The notes under the pieces were generated by a model. The model made no database searches. It was not told the DNA's origin and worked only from the letters and a program-made list of their open reading frames with translations. 64,000 nucleotides of DNA. Source: a virus. This document shows positions 27,903 to 37,972 of the stretch, piece by piece. A program made the position numbers and the translations under genes. The stretch's first letter is position 1, and each line of letters opens with the position of its first letter. The stretch covers positions 1 to 64,000 of the IMG/VR virus record IMGVR_UViG_3300038426_000075; one strand, 5' to 3'.

Positions 27903-30764
27903 CTATTCTCCTTCTGGGAACCACTGACCATTGCGCTTAATATAATTTTTGCCACCAACCGTACTTCTTTCTTCGCCCCCCACTACTGGTGCTCCCACAC
28001 CCGCAGGATTCCCACCAAAATCAGCGGCACGTGACCCCGCTGCTCCACCTGGCCTAACGTTTTTTGGTTCACCGGGCAGAGATGGAATCTTTCCCACTGA
28101 CTCCTGTACCGATGAGTCCAATGCATCTATCTTATTCTGCATTTCTGATTTCAAGAATTTACTTACTTCCACAAGGGCCTTATGAGTAAAACCAGCTTCA
28201 ATAAATTTATTGGCAATAGCTCTCTGCTCATTCTGGATAACTGCCCCTCCAATACCCATTGATCCCATCATCCTCGCATATTCGGTTACTACCGTTTGAA
28301 CCGCATCGTACAACTTGATGGCATTTGGATCGCTTAATAATCTTATTTGTCCGGTACGAATAGCATCATTTAAGACCGGGATTGATGTTCTCGGGAGGTT
28401 CTTTGAAATATCAACCATTAAGTTTATATTCCTATCAACCATTCCTTCAAAGGCCCCTGCATTTGCCCTTAGTTTTATCAGACCAGCAGTTGCCTCTTTC
28501 TGTCCCTTGAGAACCATCTGATTGGCCAGAATCATTTTATCTCCCATTCCCTCTTCTTTTGCCACACGTCCAGCAACTTTATAGAATTCCATCATGGCGA
28601 TTGAGCCACCCATACCTGGGAATCTGGGTGGTTCACCGCCTCGCAACCACATTCGGGCCGAAAGTTCTAAGGCATTTTTCATTTCAGGAGTAGAAATCTG
28701 CCCTATTGAAACAGAGGCAATGTTCGGAGGGATAACTGCCGGAACCCATTTATTTCCAGCCCCCAGGGTTGCCGAAGGTACAAATCCTTCAGGCTTTCCC
28801 ATCTTTTGCCATGTATCTTTGGCCTCCTTGATGGCTTCATTCTTATCTGGATAACCCTTCTGTCCTTCTCCCTTAACTTCTGCCTGCTTGGCTAAAATCT
28901 CACCGGGATAAGGTTCTCTATTAGTTATTCCCTTATTTATAAGATCTTGCTTTACCGCAGCTGTTTCCAACCCAAGTTGAGTCAGGGGTGCCGTTTTCCT
29001 CATTCCCCTTGCCTCAGCCGCAGCAACTCTCTCCTCTGACGTGAAAATTTTCTCTGGTATTCCCGCAGTCGTCCCGGTTAGACGTGCTAACTGCTCTGTA
29101 AGTATTGGAATATTCTTTAATGCCGCATCACGCTGTGCCCTTGCCGTCTTGGGATTCTGAGACAACCCATAGCCCTGAGCAATGTTTTTGGCGTCATCAA
29201 GAGATTTCTGGATTGCATCTATTGAAGATTTAGTCTCCCCTTTGGCCATCTCCATGAAGCGTTCTTCGGGGTGGACATCGTAGTAGGTTGGTTCTGGACC
29301 CAATGAAGCTAACGCTTCTTCTCTTCTGGTTTTTGTCCCCCTCTCTAACGTTGGCCTTAACGTCTCCAATGCCTCTTCCTGGGTAGGACGAACCCATCCT
29401 TTAGGAGTTGTAATTCCACCTTGACCTTCTGCACTGCGTATGGAATAACGGGTTTCTCCAGAGGGAAGAACTTCTTTATTAATATCAGAAAGGTTTCCCG
29501 ATATACCGCCCTCTACCGGTTTGGTGGGTTCAGTCCCTGCGACCGGTGTCTGTTCCACCTTTTGAGCCTTGGGAACAATCACAGTTGGCACACGAGAGGA
29601 AGCAAGAGATTCTATCGGAAACGCTGTTTTTAGTAGTGCTACACGTCTTTTGCGTTCTTCTTCCGTCATCCCTTCCTCAAGATTAGGAGAAGTAGCCCCT
29701 CCAACATCCCTTGACAATAGTGGTGTCATACCAGGAGCTCCCGATGCCGCTTTTAAACGCTCATATAAATCTGGCGCCTGGGCAATTCCGTACTTCTTAT
29801 TGTAAGCGGCCAACTGATCGGAACCAAACACGGGGGATCCCTTATTCTCCTTAAATGGAGGAGGGGTCAATTCCGGTGATGAAGCTTTTGGTGGAGGTGG
29901 CGGCGTTGCCGTATCGAGTTCTTCTTCTTCAGGTTTCCAGATACGCTGAGGAGCGTATGAGGCTAAAGAAAGTGTGGATGTCAATGGTAGAGGCTTCGGT
30001 TCTAACGACTCCAAATTAGAAACCCATGGCGAGACATGGATAGGAGTAGACTTTAATAATGATGTGTTACGTCCCGCTTCAATTCCTTGTTGGGTGGAAG
30101 CTCCCAAATTTTCATAAGAGGTTTCTTTAAAAAGGCTTGGATTGACTTCTCCACCCTCTTGCTTCGGGATAAGTGGCATTGTTGATCCAGCTTCCGCAGG
30201 TCCTGTCGTTGATGTTTGCTTCCCTTCCGGGGCAAAAGAACTCAACCCTCCCTCCGACCTACCAGCTTTCATTCCGGGTCGGTAGTATATTGATTGATCG
30301 CTGAAAGACGGGTGCCCTGGTAATTTATAGGTATCTGGTAAATGTTCCGTTGTACTCCTATGTCCTTTTAGCCAAGCTCCTCGAGTGTCGTAAAAGTGTC
30401 TCGGATCATCTGGATTTGGATTGAGGCCCATATTCTTTGCACGCTCCGCATACCATCCCTGAAAATTCTTTTCCATCTCGGGCGTAAATGAGGACTTCCA
30501 GTCCGGGGGTTGCCATCCAGGGCCTACTTCTCCCCCGTCTTGTCTCGATTCCAACGGTATGACATTTCCTTTTTTTGCAGGGAAGTATACTCCAGGAGCT
30601 GTTACCACTTCTGGATTCGGCCTTCCGTCGGGCTTCGTCTCGGCGATCGTATAACCATGTGTCGGCTTCGGCACTTTTGGAGGCCTCGGCTCCTTCAGGA
30701 TATCCGAGAGGATATCAACCAGTCTCACATTCGTCCGTTTGTGCCAGTCCTGCGAAAGTTCCAT
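27903..30764 (-). CDS. Putative DNA ejection / internal virion protein
   Basis: 953 aa, low-complexity N half, helical C half, repeated QxGGEV motif; position in ejection block. Confidence 0.65.
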   Translation of the reverse strand: MELSQDWHKRTNVRLVDILSDILKEPRPPKVPKPTHGYTIAETKPDGRPNPEVVTAPGVYFPAKKGNVIPLESRQDGGEVGPGWQPPDWKSSFTPEMEKNFQGWYAERAKNMGLNPNPDDPRHFYDTRGAWLKGHRSTTEHLPDTYKLPGHPSFSDQSIYYRPGMKAGRSEGGLSSFAPEGKQTSTTGPAEAGSTMPLIPKQEGGEVNPSLFKETSYENLGASTQQGIEAGRNTSLLKSTPIHVSPWVSNLESLEPKPLPLTSTLSLASYAPQRIWKPEEEELDTATPPPPPKASSPELTPPPFKENKGSPVFGSDQLAAYNKKYGIAQAPDLYERLKAASGAPGMTPLLSRDVGGATSPNLEEGMTEEERKRRVALLKTAFPIESLASSRVPTVIVPKAQKVEQTPVAGTEPTKPVEGGISGNLSDINKEVLPSGETRYSIRSAEGQGGITTPKGWVRPTQEEALETLRPTLERGTKTRREEALASLGPEPTYYDVHPEERFMEMAKGETKSSIDAIQKSLDDAKNIAQGYGLSQNPKTARAQRDAALKNIPILTEQLARLTGTTAGIPEKIFTSEERVAAAEARGMRKTAPLTQLGLETAAVKQDLINKGITNREPYPGEILAKQAEVKGEGQKGYPDKNEAIKEAKDTWQKMGKPEGFVPSATLGAGNKWVPAVIPPNIASVSIGQISTPEMKNALELSARMWLRGGEPPRFPGMGGSIAMMEFYKVAGRVAKEEGMGDKMILANQMVLKGQKEATAGLIKLRANAGAFEGMVDRNINLMVDISKNLPRTSIPVLNDAIRTGQIRLLSDPNAIKLYDAVQTVVTEYARMMGSMGIGGAVIQNEQRAIANKFIEAGFTHKALVEVSKFLKSEMQNKIDALDSSVQESVGKIPSLPGEPKNVRPGGAAGSRAADFGGNPAGVGAPVVGGEERSTVGGKNYIKRNGQWFPEGE

Positions 30765-30781
30765 GATTTTCTCCTTTAACC

Positions 30782-32050
30782 CTATGTACTGGATATGGTC
30801 TCGCTCGCACTTGCGCTGTCACTACGACTCATTGATGCAGCCGCATGGATGCTCGACAATGCGCCGGCCACTTCTTGGGCAACGATGGCCCCCATAGCCT
30901 TAATAACCTCAATCCTTAATCCGATGAGAGCTTCGTACTCTCGGATCTGGATGTCCGCATTTTTGAGGTAGAGTTCGGCTCGGGAAATGGCAAGACTCGT
31001 TTGCGTCTTTATGATTTCAAGCTCGACGTTAGTTAATGCCTGATATACCTGAACATCGGCCCTATACGCCTCGATTTCCCCAGTAAAGACCTTGATCAGG
31101 GCATCCAACCGGGCCGCTTCTGCTTCAACCTCCGCCCTAAAAGCCGTCACCTCGGCTACATATATCTCAACCTTTGTCTTTGCCTCAGTCATTCTTACGT
31201 TAGCAACCGTCTGGTAGATATCGGTCATCATCCGGTATTTGGCAATCTCGACATTGTAGACCTGGATCTGAGCCTGAACGGTTGCCCGGGAGGCTTCAAA
31301 AAGCCTCGCCTGAGTCGTCTGAAGGAAGTTCATCAAAATCCCTTCGAGTTGGGTAGCCTGGGCGATTGCTGACTCCCGAACTTTGATGGCAAGATCGGAT
31401 TCCTGGATAGCAATTTGTCCGCTTCTGTCTTCATACACATTTGCGTATCTGATGTCCTCAGATTCAATCGCTGCCACTAAAACCCCATCCGGCAAAGGTA
31501 AACCGCTTTTGGACCACTCGGCACGCTTCTGAGCCAATAGATCCTGATGGGTCAGTAAATCCCTTGCCCGGCCGCGGTTCCATTTTGCGGTTTCGATATC
31601 TGGTCTATCTATATCCGTCTGGACATCGGCCAAAAGACGTGCCTTAAGGGCCGTCAGCAATGCCGACTCATACGTTACCGCAGCCGCATCAATGGGGTCC
31701 ACATGGACGGCGAGACCACTTATATCGGGGACCGTTAGGTCGCTCAGGTCGATATTAGCGAACACGCTTTTTTCGGGAGGAGAGGGAAAATTCGTCGTCA
31801 CATCAGGCCTTGTTGGTCTAACCCCAATGAACGGAGTAATAGTAGAAGTATCGATACCCTGAAGCGTGACATCTGTATCAATCTGCTTGATTGAACCGGA
31901 GATGGTCGCGAGATTATTTAAGAGTCCTTCAGCCAAATTTACTGCCTGCGTCGTATAGTCTCGGGCCAGATCGAATTGTTTTTCGACCTCCACCATTGCC
32001 ACTTCATAAATAGGGACACCGCCAACGGTGCCAGGGGTGCCATTAGACAT
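30782..32050 (-). CDS. Virion structural protein (helical)
   Basis: WSKSGLPLPDG motif followed by long coiled coil; located between tail and ejection genes. Confidence 0.6.
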   Translation of the reverse strand: MSNGTPGTVGGVPIYEVAMVEVEKQFDLARDYTTQAVNLAEGLLNNLATISGSIKQIDTDVTLQGIDTSTITPFIGVRPTRPDVTTNFPSPPEKSVFANIDLSDLTVPDISGLAVHVDPIDAAAVTYESALLTALKARLLADVQTDIDRPDIETAKWNRGRARDLLTHQDLLAQKRAEWSKSGLPLPDGVLVAAIESEDIRYANVYEDRSGQIAIQESDLAIKVRESAIAQATQLEGILMNFLQTTQARLFEASRATVQAQIQVYNVEIAKYRMMTDIYQTVANVRMTEAKTKVEIYVAEVTAFRAEVEAEAARLDALIKVFTGEIEAYRADVQVYQALTNVELEIIKTQTSLAISRAELYLKNADIQIREYEALIGLRIEVIKAMGAIVAQEVAGALSSIHAAASMSRSDSASASETISST

Positions 32051-32059
32051 TGTAGCCTC

Positions 32060-32575
32060 CTATTTCAATCCGTCGTTGGTTACGGTCTTGATTCCCAGAT
32101 CAGCCTTCATCCCACCTCGCCAATCTGGATTCTCCTCGGACATTCGCTGTGCCCTAAATAGCTCGGATTTCTCCGTTTTAAACCCACATCCAATTGGTTT
32201 CATATCAGGACCTATTTCCTCACATGAATACATTGTATGATACTTTCCTCCTTCTGAATCAGTACAAGATGGACATATATCTTTTAGTGATAATCCATCC
32301 TTACGTCCACATTGTGGGCAATCTTTACGGGGAAAAATAAACTTCCCATTTTTATCCACCATTTCATGCGGTGCAGGCAGATGGGAAATGTCTCTGGAAG
32401 AAAGGGTTTGTACAATCACACCAAGCAAAGGAGCGGTCTCATTAAATAAAATGGTGATATTTTTTTCTTCCGGCAATCCCTTCGCCTTTCTGATTTCTTT
32501 TGCTGCATTAATTACGAGCTGTCTAATTTGATGTTGACACTCATCAAATCTGTCGGCAATTCTTTTTTCGGCCAT
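32060..32575 (-). CDS. Zn-finger protein, possible assembly chaperone
   Basis: CPQC...CPSC...C...C. Confidence 0.55.
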   Translation of the reverse strand: MAEKRIADRFDECQHQIRQLVINAAKEIRKAKGLPEEKNITILFNETAPLLGVIVQTLSSRDISHLPAPHEMVDKNGKFIFPRKDCPQCGRKDGLSLKDICPSCTDSEGGKYHTMYSCEEIGPDMKPIGCGFKTEKSELFRAQRMSEENPDWRGGMKADLGIKTVTNDGLK

Positions 32576-32584
32576 CTTCTCCTC

Positions 32585-34315
32585 CTAAAACGGTAATCCG
32601 GTTAATGGATTCAGAGGACAACATCCAGCTGCCTTCATTGCATCGCCTCTTTCATCCGTTACAGTACCCATATGCCATGGGGAAATATCTCCATCACAGC
32701 AACCGTTACAATCGTTTCTTCCAACAGTATTGTCTGCACAGATAACCTCTCTCCATCGCCCACAAACTCCTAAACATATGTCTTCTCGCACTGGTTCCCC
32801 GCTGTCGTAATATAAGAGCACTGTCCCACTACAATTCCATTCCCAGTGCTGCGTCCTGAGACCCAGTTCGTGGCAGATACCACAATAGCTACAATCTGCT
32901 TGCGGAGGACACACATCACAGCAAAAACGGAATGTAGTCGTCCATAACTGCAATGCCATGCCCGGTGGAGTATAACAATTTACGGCCAAGCTGATTGCAG
33001 CACTTCCTCCGCAGCAATCCGTGAGCGTAATAGTTGGGTTATCGACGCAGTTTACATTCGTGGCTGGGGCGGTATATACAGCTTCCCCGCTATCATTGGG
33101 GCTGAAAGCGATAGTCCCCCCACCAGCAGTAACGGCCCAAGACCAAGGACCACATCCACCCTGAGCGGTAAGGGTTTGAGATCCGCCACAACTCATTAAA
33201 AGGGAAGTACAGAGAATAGAAAGAGGATCGGCATCATCACAACATGGAGTACCTATAACAGTATAGGTACTCCCGCATCGATCTTTTAATTTTATAATAC
33301 CAGGCTGGGTGCACTCGATACCAACACCCAAACCGGTGGATAGACCATCTTTTGACGTACCAAGCAGTGACAATGCCCCTGAAGCCGTCCATTCGAAGGG
33401 TAAACATCCTCCATTAACCTCTGGAATAGCGTATAATTTGCCAAATACACGATAGACAAGCAATCCACCAGCTCCTCCAAGGGGAACGGAAGTTGGCATT
33501 TTGCAAAGGGCCATACCCTCGTAAACTATATAGGGTTGACAAGTTCCAAAATCTTCCCACCAAATCTCCACTTTTCTAAGATCAGGGGTTTTTAAACAGC
33601 AATCCACATCAATCTTTTGCTGTTGACTACATATTACATTAGCATTATTATCGAGGATGATGCCCCCAAGAAGCAGGATGCCTAAACCAGTTCTGGAAAG
33701 TATGCCTGTCTCGGTATATGACTTCCAAATAATGTAATTTCCTTTATCATCATGACCATGATCTATTATCTGACCCCAAGCTGGAGGAGAAAGGGAGTAA
33801 ACCGTATGGTTATTTGGTTCACCGTCATAGTGTCTTGGTTCAACAGGAGCAGTATAGGTGAACAAAAAATCCCATACAATGTCCTGACAGGTGGGACATT
33901 TGCTTACATCAATTAAATAATAGGTTTTGAAATAATCAATTCCAACGACATCTGTAGGTTCTATCACTCCTGAATTTTTCATCGGAGGAACAAAAAGCGG
34001 AAAATCAATAAATGTAATAGTGCATATACCTTTTATAGCTGTGACGACCCGACTTACATCAATCTCAACAAAGTCCTGACCAAACACCGACTTCACAATG
34101 ATCGTTGTTCCAGGTTCAGGCGAACGTTTGTCTTGGAGCGATTTCAATTTCGGGACAGCTATGTTCATCCTGTTTTTTAACTGATAGAGCATATTCTTGG
34201 CTTCCCCAACAAATTGTTGGCAATAGGCCGGATCTCCGATAAGGTTCCACGAAACGGCACCCGATGGGTATCGGTATCTCCAATCATCTAATTCCGAATA
34301 GTCTCGCTTTGCCAT
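32585..34315 (-). CDS. Cys-rich tail protein with Ig-like segments
   Basis: 36 Cys in 576 aa; GGCxP[FW]xW...I.L.D.CG repeats. Confidence 0.6.
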   Translation of the reverse strand: MAKRDYSELDDWRYRYPSGAVSWNLIGDPAYCQQFVGEAKNMLYQLKNRMNIAVPKLKSLQDKRSPEPGTTIIVKSVFGQDFVEIDVSRVVTAIKGICTITFIDFPLFVPPMKNSGVIEPTDVVGIDYFKTYYLIDVSKCPTCQDIVWDFLFTYTAPVEPRHYDGEPNNHTVYSLSPPAWGQIIDHGHDDKGNYIIWKSYTETGILSRTGLGILLLGGIILDNNANVICSQQQKIDVDCCLKTPDLRKVEIWWEDFGTCQPYIVYEGMALCKMPTSVPLGGAGGLLVYRVFGKLYAIPEVNGGCLPFEWTASGALSLLGTSKDGLSTGLGVGIECTQPGIIKLKDRCGSTYTVIGTPCCDDADPLSILCTSLLMSCGGSQTLTAQGGCGPWSWAVTAGGGTIAFSPNDSGEAVYTAPATNVNCVDNPTITLTDCCGGSAAISLAVNCYTPPGMALQLWTTTFRFCCDVCPPQADCSYCGICHELGLRTQHWEWNCSGTVLLYYDSGEPVREDICLGVCGRWREVICADNTVGRNDCNGCCDGDISPWHMGTVTDERGDAMKAAGCCPLNPLTGLPF

Positions 34316-35190
34316 TACGACTGTTCCTCTGTCACCTTCTTTAAGTGAAGCCTTTGATAAGCAAAACTACCTTCTGGCCCCTGGTCGGGAATCTTTAAAG
34401 ATGAATGCTCATAAGAAAAAGAGCCTTCAGTTACCGGAGGAGATTTCAGCTTCAAAAATTGATATCTAAAGTTCTCTGGAATTTTAGGTTTAGCTTGAAA
34501 TACGTTAATTGAATCGATACGATGAAGATGTTGAAGCATTTGGACAATAAGCTGGTAAATCTGACTGAGACTGACTGAACCTAAAGAATGACTGTGAATT
34601 AAATCCTCTACTATCAAAAGGAAGGAAAGGACAAGATTGACATTTTCTATTCCGTGGGCATGAGCCAAACTTTGAACCAAGAGATTATGAACCTGAGAAA
34701 GAATAACGCCATCTATAGCGTGTGAATGACTCATGGCCTGCACGATAAGTTGATGGATCTGTATCAACGTGGGAGTATCAATAGAATGAACATGAGAAAG
34801 GGCTTGGATTAATAATTGATGAATCTGTGTAAGCACCACGTTGTCGATAGCATTGATGTGGGCTAAATTATTAACCAAAAGATTATGAATTTGAGAAATA
34901 CTAACCTCGCCTAGGGCGTGTGAATGGGTCATGGCCTGGACAATAAGAAGATAGCTTTGAGATAAATCTACCGTCCCTAAAGAATGGGCATGCATCAAGG
35001 CCTGAACCACCAATAAAACGTTATAAATCATTTGGACATTATCGATGGCGTGAGCATGGGCCAAATTATCAACCAGAAGGTGATGAACCTGTGTGAGCGC
35101 AACACCATCAATAACGTTGGCATGGGCTAAATTGTCCACGGCCAACTGGAACTCTCCGCAAATAATAGGAACTATCCAATTTGGAAGCAT
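34315..35190 (-). CDS. His-repeat fibre-like protein
   Basis: Ten 22-aa repeats; ATG 35190 overlaps upstream TAA. Confidence 0.7.
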   Translation of the reverse strand: MLPNWIVPIICGEFQLAVDNLAHANVIDGVALTQVHHLLVDNLAHAHAIDNVQMIYNVLLVVQALMHAHSLGTVDLSQSYLLIVQAMTHSHALGEVSISQIHNLLVNNLAHINAIDNVVLTQIHQLLIQALSHVHSIDTPTLIQIHQLIVQAMSHSHAIDGVILSQVHNLLVQSLAHAHGIENVNLVLSFLLIVEDLIHSHSLGSVSLSQIYQLIVQMLQHLHRIDSINVFQAKPKIPENFRYQFLKLKSPPVTEGSFSYEHSSLKIPDQGPEGSFAYQRLHLKKVTEEQS

Positions 35191-35675
35191 TAAATTGGCT
35201 CCACGTATATCGTAACGGTTCCAGAAGAAATACTTTGTACCAAAGGCCAGACCCAATTGGCCTTGCCGCAGTCAAAAATGTATCGGGCCGAATAGTATCG
35301 GGTTCCGTCTGTAAGTGCTGCATCTCCTATAAATGTGATAGACTCCGTTAATCCAATAGCAACGGGCGTTCCTGCGGCATCGTGCATGATCAGGCAAATC
35401 TTTGCGTTTGCCGAGGCTACGGAAAATGTTGCATAGACCTCAACTAAACTTGAATTTCCGAGAGCCTTTGCCGAAGCATTCTTGGTATGAACGTCTCCAG
35501 TATCTGCCGAAGCAACAGCGGATCGGAGAGCAGCTCCATAATTGGCCTTCTTGCTTACCATGTATCCAGCGGGAGAGATATTGGCAGTCGATGATACCTG
35601 ATTATTTTGGATTGCCAAAATATCCACCCCTGTATCAGCGGCTAATGTGTGAAGGACTTCGTCCCCTACTGCCAT
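35190..35675 (-). CDS. Small beta-rich tail-associated protein
   Basis: ORF with SD in tail operon. Confidence 0.55.
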   Translation of the reverse strand: MAVGDEVLHTLAADTGVDILAIQNNQVSSTANISPAGYMVSKKANYGAALRSAVASADTGDVHTKNASAKALGNSSLVEVYATFSVASANAKICLIMHDAAGTPVAIGLTESITFIGDAALTDGTRYYSARYIFDCGKANWVWPLVQSISSGTVTIYVEPI

Positions 35676-35677
35676 AA

Positions 35678-37501
35678 CTACCTCCTTCTTCCGTAAGCAT
35701 GAAGAGGTTCAGGCCTTACCATGACTCCTCTCCGTGTCATTGCTGAAATATTTGGATAGTGAATCAGCTTAAAATTTTCGGATGAATACTTATCGTTACC
35801 TGCGCCGAGACCCAATGGGAGTGATTTCGTAGGGTCCCATGATGCACTCAATGCTGCTCCAGGCTTATAGGCCCAACTTCCGGTATACTCCCATCGTGCA
35901 GCAAATTCTGTTTGTAATAATGCAGGAAAGTAGGAAGTGACATAAGCCACATTATCTTGTACGCTTCCACTAGAAACAGAGCCAGCGAGAAGGTTATTGA
36001 CCGTTGGAGTCGTATAGGCGTTTGCCGTAGGATACACCAGATTGATATGCGTTCCGTCAGGAATAGATAAAATCCTGTTTATCTCTCTATGGCCTCCATC
36101 TCCTATCCACACTATTTCCCATTGAACAAACGGAGCACTGCTTGTTACCGGAATTGATGTTACTCCGGCGGAAACGCTACTCGCCGCAGTCGTCTTGGTT
36201 GCGTCTCTTGCGAAGATTGGATTCCCCGGATCTGCCACAAAATTAGTCCAGTCTCTACTTCTCCATATTCCCTGTTGATACTGACTCGAATGATAGCCCT
36301 GGACATACAGAATAATCTCGCCCCTTTGGTAAAAAATATCAGTAGGTAGTATCGTACTATCATTCCACGACCCGCCTGCTCCTACCAAAATAATCGGATT
36401 ATTTGGATCAGCAACCCAAGGACCACCAACATACCCCGATGTAAAATGTCCAATTTGCCATACCGATGAGACGTTGACCCCTCCAACGTACATGTGCCAT
36501 TTTCTTGAGGCCAAATCATAGGCAATGACAGGAAATCCATGTCCGCCAACATCCCAAGTCCCAGCATCCCCGACAGTGTCCATATACCCTACATCCGTGA
36601 AGGTAGCCCCAAGATCATTTGAATAAGCAAGCCGAATTCTATACTTTGCATCAGTATTTCGGTAAGCTGTGTAAAAAAGATAAATCTTCCCATCGAACCA
36701 AATAGGATTCGGGGCATATACCGAATTTTCTCCACTCAACGCAGCAATCGAAGCATTATATCCATCCCATCGGTGAAATTTTATTCCGCTATCATACGAC
36801 AATGCTCGAAAAATGGACTGGGTTCCAGATACCTGACCATTGTAGAAGGCAATCATCACTGGATCATTGGAGAATTGGCAAAAGTCGGTCTTCATCGAGG
36901 TAATGTAATAATAATCCGTCCATGGCTCCCCCCAATATAGATAAAGGGTTGTGAAGGCTTTCATGGCCGAAAACGCAATGGGGGATGTCTCTAAAACAGA
37001 CATGGTATCCCCATTTTTTCTTATTGAAATCCTCCAAGATCCCCCCTTAACGATAAGAGAAATATCTAACCAATAAGCTTGGCCTATGGCAAAACCGGAA
37101 ATACCAGTTGTCCAATTACTTCCGTTCCAGTAATATACTGTTCCAGTCGTTACTTGTTTATATTCTATGTAAACCAAACCCGAACTCTGAACATAATAAA
37201 CCTGAAGCACCGTTTTTGCGTATTGAGCGGCAAAGGTGTCGCATGCCGGAATTCCATCTGAAAGGCAAAGCAAATGGACATAACCACTAACGGTACCGTC
37301 CATTAAATGCCGCATCGTATAAACAAAATCCTTCGTCGTGTCGATAGCAGCCTTGACATAAACCAGTGCCCCGTTAGCTGCGGCAGCGCCCATTGTAATA
37401 TTGCACGACCCACCCGAATTGGAGACAGCTCCATCTCCGGCAACGGATGTCCCAAAGACGCTGGTATCGAGTGCGCTATCAAAATTATCAAGCCAGCTCA
37501 T
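35678..37501 (-). CDS. Tail-associated protein with five-bladed beta-propeller glycoside-hydrolase-like domain
   Basis: P...FDGKIYLFYTA...IRLAYSND, WHMYVGG...QIGH, W..DP.NPI repeats. Confidence 0.7.
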   Translation of the reverse strand: MSWLDNFDSALDTSVFGTSVAGDGAVSNSGGSCNITMGAAAANGALVYVKAAIDTTKDFVYTMRHLMDGTVSGYVHLLCLSDGIPACDTFAAQYAKTVLQVYYVQSSGLVYIEYKQVTTGTVYYWNGSNWTTGISGFAIGQAYWLDISLIVKGGSWRISIRKNGDTMSVLETSPIAFSAMKAFTTLYLYWGEPWTDYYYITSMKTDFCQFSNDPVMIAFYNGQVSGTQSIFRALSYDSGIKFHRWDGYNASIAALSGENSVYAPNPIWFDGKIYLFYTAYRNTDAKYRIRLAYSNDLGATFTDVGYMDTVGDAGTWDVGGHGFPVIAYDLASRKWHMYVGGVNVSSVWQIGHFTSGYVGGPWVADPNNPIILVGAGGSWNDSTILPTDIFYQRGEIILYVQGYHSSQYQQGIWRSRDWTNFVADPGNPIFARDATKTTAASSVSAGVTSIPVTSSAPFVQWEIVWIGDGGHREINRILSIPDGTHINLVYPTANAYTTPTVNNLLAGSVSSGSVQDNVAYVTSYFPALLQTEFAARWEYTGSWAYKPGAALSASWDPTKSLPLGLGAGNDKYSSENFKLIHYPNISAMTRRGVMVRPEPLHAYGRRR

Positions 37502-37854
37502 GTCGGGTCCGCTATTTCCTCTTTAAAAGCCGGAATGGTCACGGTATTCCCTGCCGTCAAAACCTGAGACGTGCATGTCGTTGTAAGTTTGATTACACCG
37601 CCCAAACTTAAAACAATGTGCAGAGCAGTTCCGCTCCCCGTCACAGATACGCCAGCCTTTTGTGCCGTTGTTATTTTGCGCCCAGATGAATCCCCTTCTG
37701 CGATTGCATAATCCCCAGGGGCCATCGCAACATTTGCGAGGGTATTAGTTAAGTCGGTTGGAGTGGTCACGTCGCTAGTCACATCCATACGAGTACAGGC
37801 CTGGACTACGCCAAGGGCTGCATCCAATACGGCATCTGCCACTGATTTACCCAT
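37498..37854 (-). CDS. Small beta-sandwich fibre subunit-like protein
   Basis: MGKSVADAVLDAAL...QVLTAGNTVTIPAF. Confidence 0.65.
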   Translation of the reverse strand: MGKSVADAVLDAALGVVQACTRMDVTSDVTTPTDLTNTLANVAMAPGDYAIAEGDSSGRKITTAQKAGVSVTGSGTALHIVLSLGGVIKLTTTCTSQVLTAGNTVTIPAFKEEIADPT

Positions 37855-37960
37855 TGTCTTCCTCCTCCATAATTTTGATTCCATGACTAATGATCACGTC
37901 CTGGACTTCGAGCACGATCTCTTTCTTTTCCTCTTTCTTTTCTTCTTTAATTTCTTCCAT
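37847..37960 (-). CDS. 37-aa peptide not in ORF track
   Basis: AGGAGG SD; MEEIKEEKKEEKKEIVLEVQDVIISHGIKIMEEEDNG; overlaps next start. Confidence 0.55.
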   Translation of the reverse strand: MEEIKEEKKEEKKEIVLEVQDVIISHGIKIMEEEDNG

Positions 37961-37972
37961 CTTAATTACCTC

